From contig JAUCBJ010008281.1 of assembly GCA_032718475.1 (NCBI GenBank), positions 1-64,000 of the forward strand: 64,000 nucleotides of DNA, read 5' to 3'. Of the stretch, positions 55,661-64,000 are shown in pieces. Both the position numbers and the translations under genes were made by a program. Numbering within the stretch: the first letter of the stretch is position 1; the number at the start of each line of letters is the position of its first letter. The notes under the pieces are model-generated. The model was given only the letters and a program-made list of their open reading frames with translations, was not told the DNA's origin and did not search any database. This stretch comes from Nemertoderma westbladi. Taxonomy: Eukaryota; Animalia; Xenacoelomorpha.

Positions 55661-58600
55661 ATGTCAGACGCAACCAAATCACTGTCAGATAGTGTCTTAG
55701 AAAGTGTTAGAATGAGTATTAGACTTAGACAGCGTATTAAAAGGATCTGTGACCAAGATCAAAGTATAGAACATCCCAGATCCAAGTCTAAGTCACCTAC
55801 TATTGAAAGAAAGGCCACCCCTACAGTAGTAGTGTCAGACCCTAGGCTAGTAGAACAGCGTAGGTCTATCATCGGCACTTGCGCCCAAGTCAAGCGGGAT
55901 CAAGAAGCAGCTGTCAAACCGCAGCAACATCCTAGCCAAGAACCTAGTTCTCAGCGTCCCGATAGCTCCAGTAGTTCGGACACTGCTGAGCGGACACCCG
56001 AACGCGGAGTGAAGATGGCGGATACGGTTTATGATGAGCGGCCAACCTATGAAGAATCAGCCGACGCCACTTCTTCTCAAGTGGAAAGCGAAGTGGAAAG
56101 CGAATTAACGGCCGCAGAGAAGCTGCGAACTAGAGACGCCATTGACATATATCTGTCAGACTATCAGCGATTCATAGGAGATGAAGAGTTGAGGAGACGA
56201 CTGTCTGGACTTCGCCCTAATAGTGAAGGAACCAAGCTTGTGTTGGACGCAATCGATGCGGAAATGTTAGCTGCAGAACAAGCTAAATGTGATGAAAAAC
56301 TCCGCCTCGTTAGAGTCCAAGAAGAACAAATAAAGAAAAAACAGATAGAGAACCGAAAGGCAGCAGCAGTAAAGGCGGCAGAAGCAGAAGCAGCAAAGGC
56401 GGCGGCAGAAGTAGAAGCAGAAAGAAAGGCAGCGGATGTAGAAGCAAAAGGAAAGGCAGCGGTAGCAGAAGCAGAAAGAAAGGCGGCAGCGGCAATGGCA
56501 AAGGCAGTGGCAGAAGCAGAACGGAGAGCGTCTGAGGAGACTGCCCAACTGGAGTTGGAAAATCTGCAAGAGACGCAAGACTACATAAATAAACATCTAA
56601 CTGCTAGTCGAATGCAGAGGATGAGACGATCTACTCCAAAACGCCAAGGATACACATCATCGGAGGAAAGCGAAACCACCGATCCTGAAGGCGGAGGAAA
56701 TAGATCTCGTCTAAGCAGGCGTAGAAAAACATCTCACCGTCATAAACTGCCTGATTTGCCCCCAGCTGTCAGAAGACAACTAGCTAGCACAGACTTAGGT
56801 AGTACAGAACCTACAGCCCAAAGTATTAAGGTTCAAAGACTCCCTACAATAGTTGATGAGCCTGAGATAATTAGGCCTGTCGTTCCCAAAATCACTTCTG
56901 TGTTAGAGACCCCTGTACTTCCAGAGCTTAACTCTAAATTCCCTTTACATAGTACTACACTGCCAATACCCGGTGGAGCAGTCCAAGAGAATATCCCTGT
57001 CCAGATAGCAGAGAGAGAAATCAAAAATTTGTCTCCCGTCGTCCCGCGTCAGCCCGCTACTATGTTGGCGACTCCCGCTTCGGCGGTTGAGTGGGTGGAA
57101 GAGGGACGGCGGGGGATGAATCTCCTGCTAGGACAGATGCAGGAGACTGTCCACCAACTTAAGGGAACAGTGAGGGAAGGTAGAGCAGAGTTGCAAGAAG
57201 TGCAGCAAAGTATCGCGCTAGAACGCGACAAATTAGTCAATATACAAAAGGGCATACCAATACCCCCTGTAACATTGTGTCAACCTGTTAGGTCTGAAGT
57301 ATTACATGCGCAAGGTGTGGAGCCTACACGCATCTATACTGCTAGTGAAGTTGAAACTCCTATAGCAAACCCTATTAAGGGTGATTATAGACCTGTTATT
57401 AATGATATTCCCTATAGACCTGATAATGATCCGAGAAATTTATATACCGATAATTCGATATTAAATAACACGATGGCCCAAGAAAGCTTCACGCGTCAGA
57501 TGGCTAGAACAGAAGCCCGCCAAGCGGTCAAAGTGGGAGAGATCGTCAAATTCAATGGAGATGAGATGAAATGGTTACCTTTCAACGAATATTACAAAGA
57601 TAGCATACAGAACTCTGTACTATCTAACGGAGAGAAACTTAGATTCCTCATCAAGTGCTTGGAAGGACCTCCCAAGTTAATGGCGTTAAAGTTTATCGGA
57701 CATCCAGAAGGATTAAGACAAGTTTGGGATACATTAAACATCAGGTATGGTAACAAGGATAACATAGCTAAGTATTTATATGCAAAATTAGTAGCCCCCC
57801 GACACTTCCTTAGTAGCGGGATTATAGAGTTTTCCGATGAAATTCAAGAGATCTGTAGACAACTGGACTGGTTAGGTAAGTCGCATGAATATCAGAGTTC
57901 CATGGTTATTGGAGCCGTAGTCTCTACTTTACCAAAGGGTGGAGTATGTACACGCTGGGACAAGAAAGTGTTGTACATGAATGAACAACAACGACGAAGC
58001 CCTACCATGGCTGATCTCATGTCTTTCTTAAATGGTGAAGTCAAACTACAACTCATCAAGCAGTCCAGAGAGAAAACATCGGAAAATAAGGTAAGTGAGA
58101 AACCCACTTCTAGGAGAAGAGTAACACCAGTGTGTTACACTGACGACGGCGAAAGCCAAGCTTCCCAAGAAGAGGACAGCGGGAAAGACACAGACCGATC
58201 TTATTATGTTGACAAGACCTCAAAGGACGTAAGTAAATACAAGGCTCGAAACAACGATAGGAGAGAACAGGTTGCCAAGACCCCTCCTCAGTCTCCTAAG
58301 AGAATTCACGGAAGAGAGCCCGAAGAAAGAACGAGAGTGCATAACGTTACCCAAGGTAAAGTGAGTAACATCAAACCAAAATGTGCGCTGTGCGACGGGC
58401 CCCACCGTATGAGTGCGTGTGCTGAATTTCTAAAGAAATCCCCTGTAGACAGACGTACAGTCCTGTGGAATAAGCGGTTATGCTATAATTGCCTCAGATC
58501 AGGACACCAACGGCGAACCTGTTACTCCGACGTAAAGTGTGCAAAGTGTGGCGCGAAACATCACATCTTGTTACACAGTGAGTTCGAACGAGACAACCCG

Positions 58601-59812
58601 AGTCAGGTAAGTGAGCCCGAACTACATGTCCAATTCAGTGATGTGAACGACACTGACCAAGGTTCTGAGTGGGAAGGATTCTATACAGACGAATTCTCCG
58701 ATGCCAACGAATCCTGTTATCTAATAAATACCACAGTGTATCGAGCACTTACGTATGAAAAGGACACTGACGAGTTTACTCCAACTCCTTTTGACAAACA
58801 ACCATCTTGGAAAGTTCCAACTTCCAACATAGGAATAAGAGAATTTCCTGTAGTGCAAGTGAGAGTTCATGGTCTCAACAAGAGTTACATAGTGAACGCC
58901 CTACTTGACTCCGGCAGCACAGGAACATTCATCGATCAAGAACTAGCCGAAGATATCTTTGCTGGACAACCCAAGTTCCGGACTAAATTGAATATGTCAG
59001 GAATTATGCAGGTTTGGAAATCTACCCTAACGGCAGATTACTATGTAGGTGAGTTGTCCACCCCCCAGGATAAATTAGGAGCACAAAGTATAAGGTCAGT
59101 AAAAATGGTGGCTATAAAGAACTTCGCTACTACCCAAGCAGACCTTTATAACTGGGACGAGGACGAGTGCATCCAACATCTTGAGATACCTCGATTCCAA
59201 ACCGATTATCCTGGAGTGCAAATCCTCATCGGCCAAAACGCGCATGAGGCGCTCGAGACATTGGAGAAACGGCCTGCTCAACCGCAGCCATTACAAACTT
59301 ATGCGGTAAGAACTAGAGTAGGTTGGTACTTTACTGGCCCTTCCCGCAGAACTCTTGAAGAAAGATTGCCACAAGACCGGCTACTTCAAGTAAAGGATTG
59401 GGAAGAGGGGAGCAGTGAAGTGGACGAACCCACTGAGGTAACACCATACTCCTCAGATAATGACGATATTAACTCCAATGTAGATCAATGGAGACATTGC
59501 CTTGGGACGATTAATCCAGCCGACATCGCTTCCAGAGGAGCAACTCCTCAAGAACTGATAGATACTCCAGGCTGGTTAGGTGGATCCGACTCCTTAAGTA
59601 AAGAAGAAGAAGAATGGCCTCCTCATCTTACCACGGCAGAGAGTAGACAGGCCAAGGGAGCGGAGAAACTAACACAACAACTCAATCGCCCAGCTGGTCG
59701 TTTATGTTTACTGGAAAGAGACCGAAAACTGTCCGGAAACTATGGAAGGCAAGATACTCTTCCTACGACCACTTCCCTAATCCGACAAATATCTAGGGAC
59801 TCTATAACGTAA
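55661..59812 (+). CDS. BEL/Pao Gag-protease polyprotein with remnants of RNase H and the integrase C-terminus (1383 aa)
   Basis: Open ORF with a DUF1759-like region, three knuckles and ALLDSGS. It then jumps to QWRHCLGTINPADIASRG and to RPAGRLCLLE. No YxDD or integrase core is present. Confidence 0.9.
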   Translation: MSDATKSLSDSVLESVRMSIRLRQRIKRICDQDQSIEHPRSKSKSPTIERKATPTVVVSDPRLVEQRRSIIGTCAQVKRDQEAAVKPQQHPSQEPSSQRPDSSSSSDTAERTPERGVKMADTVYDERPTYEESADATSSQVESEVESELTAAEKLRTRDAIDIYLSDYQRFIGDEELRRRLSGLRPNSEGTKLVLDAIDAEMLAAEQAKCDEKLRLVRVQEEQIKKKQIENRKAAAVKAAEAEAAKAAAEVEAERKAADVEAKGKAAVAEAERKAAAAMAKAVAEAERRASEETAQLELENLQETQDYINKHLTASRMQRMRRSTPKRQGYTSSEESETTDPEGGGNRSRLSRRRKTSHRHKLPDLPPAVRRQLASTDLGSTEPTAQSIKVQRLPTIVDEPEIIRPVVPKITSVLETPVLPELNSKFPLHSTTLPIPGGAVQENIPVQIAEREIKNLSPVVPRQPATMLATPASAVEWVEEGRRGMNLLLGQMQETVHQLKGTVREGRAELQEVQQSIALERDKLVNIQKGIPIPPVTLCQPVRSEVLHAQGVEPTRIYTASEVETPIANPIKGDYRPVINDIPYRPDNDPRNLYTDNSILNNTMAQESFTRQMARTEARQAVKVGEIVKFNGDEMKWLPFNEYYKDSIQNSVLSNGEKLRFLIKCLEGPPKLMALKFIGHPEGLRQVWDTLNIRYGNKDNIAKYLYAKLVAPRHFLSSGIIEFSDEIQEICRQLDWLGKSHEYQSSMVIGAVVSTLPKGGVCTRWDKKVLYMNEQQRRSPTMADLMSFLNGEVKLQLIKQSREKTSENKVSEKPTSRRRVTPVCYTDDGESQASQEEDSGKDTDRSYYVDKTSKDVSKYKARNNDRREQVAKTPPQSPKRIHGREPEERTRVHNVTQGKVSNIKPKCALCDGPHRMSACAEFLKKSPVDRRTVLWNKRLCYNCLRSGHQRRTCYSDVKCAKCGAKHHILLHSEFERDNPSQVSEPELHVQFSDVNDTDQGSEWEGFYTDEFSDANESCYLINTTVYRALTYEKDTDEFTPTPFDKQPSWKVPTSNIGIREFPVVQVRVHGLNKSYIVNALLDSGSTGTFIDQELAEDIFAGQPKFRTKLNMSGIMQVWKSTLTADYYVGELSTPQDKLGAQSIRSVKMVAIKNFATTQADLYNWDEDECIQHLEIPRFQTDYPGVQILIGQNAHEALETLEKRPAQPQPLQTYAVRTRVGWYFTGPSRRTLEERLPQDRLLQVKDWEEGSSEVDEPTEVTPYSSDNDDINSNVDQWRHCLGTINPADIASRGATPQELIDTPGWLGGSDSLSKEEEEWPPHLTTAESRQAKGAEKLTQQLNRPAGRLCLLERDRKLSGNYGRQDTLPTTTSLIRQISRDSIT

Positions 59813-60339
59813 TAACATATGGAGTGGGCGTGTGGCTATATCATTTTATATTTGTTTTTATTTTATATTTATGTATGTATTATTATGTAATTTTATTATA
59901 ATCGTTTTCTTTAATTTTATTTAGTAGAATGTTATTTTAGAATATTTAGTAAATTAGTGCAATATATTAGTGTTTATTACGTATTTAATTACTTACAATA
60001 TATTTAGTGCGACGGCAAGAAATAATTATTTTTCTCTTTCCTTACTGTCCGTATTATATTATAAATGCGAGACTATAGTAAGATGACATGTCAGTACTTC
60101 TTAAAGTACAATAAAGCCACTACTATATTTAAGTATTATTGGTAGGCAGAGTATTAGGAATGCAAAGTTCAGATCCTTGTGTCTCGGCTAAACCAAGCTC
60201 TGGGTAGACCTTGGAAACGACTTGCCTCTTCACACTGACATTGCTTCGTGCGATATTGCTCTTCTACCTTATAACAAATAATACATATAGTAGCGTGATG
60301 TCCCTTTAACAGTAGCGTAATTCGCAAATAAATCTGTTA

Positions 60340-60640
60340 AACTTTTTGACCATCTGTAATTCTAGTCGATTAAGATATCGTGGCACCCACCGATATACTT
60401 GAAAGACAAATTCTAGAATCGGTGGTTAACGTCCCCAGACAAGTTCTGGAATAAATCGGTGCCCATCCTAAATATTAATTTAATATTTATTAAAATCTGT
60501 AAAATTCAGATCCGTTAACAATTCTAGTCGATTAAGATATCGTAGCCCTTACCGATACTCTTAAAAGACAAATTTCATAGAATTAAGGATCCTATGTCCC
60601 CAGACCTGCTCTGGAATCAAATTGTGTCAATTTTAACATC
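60340..60640. repeat. Two diverged ~162-bp tandem units downstream of pol
   Basis: TTCTAGTCGATTAAGATATCGT at ~60360 and ~60522, with similar downstream sequence. Confidence 0.7.
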
Positions 60641-61433
60641 AAATAATAAAATTTACGGGAATAAATTAAATTCATATTCAAATGAATTTCATAAATTGTC
60701 ATTTTGTGCAATTTATAACATTCCCAAAATTCCAGTAATTAATAGATCATGGGAGCGGAGATTCATATTGAGTGTACTAGAGTGCGAGAATCTCCAATAT
60801 ATAGTCAATAACCGATAAATTTTATAAAATCATGCATAAAGAGGATATTGACAATTAAAGAATTACTATTAAATAACATCCCAGATCTGTATGCATGAGA
60901 ATTACCCTAATTCTACCGCTAGTTTTCCATAATGTCACCATGGCAACACCCACGCTAGAATTAGAAGCAAGTTAAAGGAACAATAAAAGGCTTGCCCCAT
61001 TGCGTAGCATAAGAGTATATATAGCGCACTATTAGTATCCAAGGATACATAGTAATAACGTGACATTCTGGAAGACACTGACTAACGGACAAATGGCATG
61101 CATGTGTGCAGTAAGCAATGATTGTATGGAATTTGTGCGTTTATAGGTGAATGTTACTACTAAAGTGTGTTTACAGTAGCTAATCGCAATTGTAAAATAG
61201 CCCTAACTCTACCGAGATAACCTCAAGTGGATTCAAGCCTTTGGGACGGACAGTGGTGGGACTTGTGCCGGTTATCGTTGTCGTGCTGTTGCTACATGTT
61301 GGCGTAAACACTGCGACAGCGGTACATCGGCGCTGAGAAACCCACTGTCCGGGGGCAAAAGCCTAGTAGGCAGCGACGCCCGCTTGCCTAAAATATTAAC
61401 TTATATTGATATTAATAAACTCAGATAGCAGAT

Positions 61434-62881
61434 ATGACGGAATTGATAGAAGATGACCTTGGTATTAGAGAGTGATATACTCTACCTTTACAAGCGTTTG
61501 TGGATAGCTTGATACGCGGTGAAGCCGATCCGACTATTACGGAGGACGATGGTCGTTATATCGAACCGCCGATGTCCCAAGAGCAACTTACGCGTGAATT
61601 GGACTATTGAAAATTAACCGCTCGCTATACGCATCGTAATGGTACGTATATGGACTTCTTAACTACCGGCCATCCTATCGATTTACATGATACGGACGAT
61701 GTAGACACCGAAAGGGAAATGGTTCTATTTAAATATCATACCCAGCGGCGTCGTAACGATAAACCGATACCGATAACGAAAATTCTATTCGTAACAGACT
61801 GGGAAGACGAACCAATATGTCTAGAATCTGAGGAGATTCAGCCTATCGCGCTCGGAACAGCGACAACGATTACATCCTAGAATGGTATCAAAGTCCACAG
61901 TGTCTCACTGCGTACGATTATCGCCATGCCAACTATGTTTCTCGGCAACGTTGTCGGTTATGCGCATCGAGAGACCATGTTACGCCCATGGACACAAACG
62001 TCCGCTGTTCCTATTTCCACGAACAACCGGCGATGGAAATTTATTGCGCGTATTGCAGATTTAATAATTTGCACATTTTTGCGGTTTGCCCTCAATTTAT
62101 GACTCAATGTCACCATTGTCAACTAAAGGGACATGCCAGTTTCGATTGCCCTTTTAATCACGATTTGGAAAGCGTAGATGAAATGATCACACTACGTTAC
62201 ATCAGAGCTTGGGAAGCGAACACTGATTTATATTGTGATTCGCGCCATCGCTATTATCCCGGACGCGCTTACGAAGGAGTTTATGCGTTACATCCTTATC
62301 TATTCGCTTCGGTTGAACAGAAATCACGCATATCAAGTTACGAGCTACTGAAGCGCGTCGGAGAATGTATTTCAACCAAATTCGTACGCAAATTTCTCAG
62401 GAGTGTTAATCCTAGCGACCTTCATTCCTATAACTTAATCAATCATATCCGTCAGGATCCGGACTATGGAGAATTGTTTGTTAACTCACACCCTGAGTTA
62501 CAGGAAGTATATCGACGGCCTTACGAATACCGAGCCCGCGAACGCGAGTTGGAAAGAACCATTAAACCAAGGAAGTTTCTAACTGCCTATGGTCCACCCA
62601 CGGCCCTCGTTCAGACCACTCGTAAAGGACCCGTAAGAGCGGCTGTCTTGAAACGAGCTCTCAAAGCCGTTAGACCCCTCTCCCCGGACGTTGATGTCAA
62701 TCAACCCGGTACTTCGACCGGCGGATATACCGATCGCAATCCCATACCTTCTGATGCAATCATATTGCACCCTTCACCCAGGAGTTATAGCCCTCCTCGT
62801 AAAGTGGCTCGCCCCAAAGAGAAAAGGACTCTTGCTAGCTTTAAAAAACTGCGTAAACGCCGTCCGCGCAAGAAAGACTAA
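61434..62881 (+). pseudogene. Extra ORF in the env position: zinc-knuckle, basic-tail protein (frame open 61832-62881; upstream part disrupted)
   Basis: The frame from ATG 61434 has TGA at 61473 and 61608 and continues through the 61650-61880 ORF, overlapping the second frame that is open from 61832. Motifs are CRLCASRDH-x9-C, CAYCRFNNLHIFAVC, CHHCQLKGHASFDC and the tail KKLRKRRPRKKD. Confidence 0.65.
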
Positions 62882-62951
62882 CTGTTTAGAGTATTTTTAT
62901 ATTTTAGAAACTGTGATTTTGTATATTTTATAGACTTAAATCCCATTTTCT

Positions 62952-62959
62952 GGGAGCGG
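62952..62959 (+). other. Putative polypurine tract
   Basis: GGGAGCGG immediately before the 3' LTR TG. Confidence 0.6.
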
Positions 62960-64000
62960 TGTAAAAGCTTTTGTGGGATAACTGATACGTTTGCCTTTGC
63001 TGGCCAGTTCCCCCCCAGTCGCTAGAATACTCTCAAAGGGATTTATAACTAAAATAGTGCAAGCTACCAGCTTATTGGCTGATGTGCTGTACGGAGATAT
63101 CTGGGCTCAGTTTAATCGGCCAACTAGCTTAGAGAGGTTGCCTTAGCCTTGCTGTTCGTGTCGGCCAATAGAATTTGCGTAGGCGTTGATTTCGACCTAT
63201 CCCAGCGCTACTGAACTGAATTTCCTATCTCTATGCTCATCCTCTGTGTTGAACGGGGCTTCGTGGAATAAGAGTTTTTGGTATACTCGTATAGTGGTAG
63301 TAGTCATATGATTTTATATGATTCTGTTGTTGTGTTCCCATTTTCGCCATAACACCGGCTTTTTGGGAAGAACTCTAGTAAAACTGCTTAAATTATCGAA
63401 AGTATAAACTGTTACCGACTCCGAACCAATCGAATCGATCACTAACGCATCTTAACATACTCACTTAATTTAACTGCATTAATCATATTGTTTGTACTGT
63501 TATTTTACCGTCAGTTATTAATTGTACCTATTTGTTGATGGAAATATTGCTCTTTGGATAATACGGATAAATCACCCAAAATTCCCAATTTTCTTGATAC
63601 ACTACAGGTTAGAGAGACCGGCTATACATAACAATTTCGATTTATATTAATGTGGTGTGTATTAAATCTAATGTTATTTAGCAGACCCTACATGAGTCAA
63701 TTACTGCTCTCTTTATGTGTGATCAAATATACTGACTGTCGGCAGAATAGTGTGTATGATCGTGATTGGTAACAAAGTATTTCCTAAAGAATACGCTTTA
63801 TACTTTAATCATAAGCGGTATCGTTGCGTTTTAGTATAAGTCTTAGTTCTGTTTAAATAGATAGAGCGCCGCGTCCTAAAGGAACTGTTAATATTTCCCG
63901 AAAGCCAATAATATCTGTCAGAGATTAATTATTAACGATCTATCGAATAGTACAGTAAGTTTACGCTGCAACCTTACACTGCAATAATAAAATTTAAGCA
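62960..64000 (+). repeat. 3' LTR of copy 2 (truncated by the window)
   Basis: Direct repeat of 51832-52871. Confidence 0.92.

Larger units (their letters stand above)
51832..64000 (+). mobile_element. BEL/Pao LTR retrotransposon copy 2 (internally deleted, non-autonomous; 3' LTR runs off the window)
   Basis: Direct repeats start TGTAAAAGCTTTTGTGGG at 51832 and 62960. A gag-protease ORF lies between them and a purine tract precedes the 3' LTR. Confidence 0.95.

Noticed and set aside
61988-62881. env gene
   Set aside because: No signal peptide or transmembrane segment is evident. The protein has zinc knuckles and a basic tail instead.

Overview
Eukaryotic, metazoan-type genomic DNA; the species cannot be identified from the sequence. 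About 35 kb (16.6-51.7 kb, + strand) is a satellite-like array of ~235-bp units. Each unit is one 123-bp phase-1 exon encoding a very acidic calcium-binding EGF domain plus a ~110-bp GT-AG intron. I count 137 exons by hand, arranged in five higher-order blocks (D-An-B-C plus a SINE-bearing long intron). The array is flanked by two related BEL/Pao LTR retrotransposons. The minus-strand copy (1-12976) is decayed, is inserted into a CR1/L2-type LINE, and carries a 2.15-kb intron-containing copy of nearby LINE+EGF DNA that ends in a perfect 119-bp fold-back. The plus-strand copy (51832 to beyond 64000) has an open Gag-protease ORF, in-frame loss of RT and integrase, a nested MITE and an extra zinc-knuckle ORF in the env position. 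The LINE is also split by a piggyBac-like TTAA element filled with minisatellites. Neither the 5' nor the 3' end of the EGF gene is in the window. All counts and alignments were made by eye.
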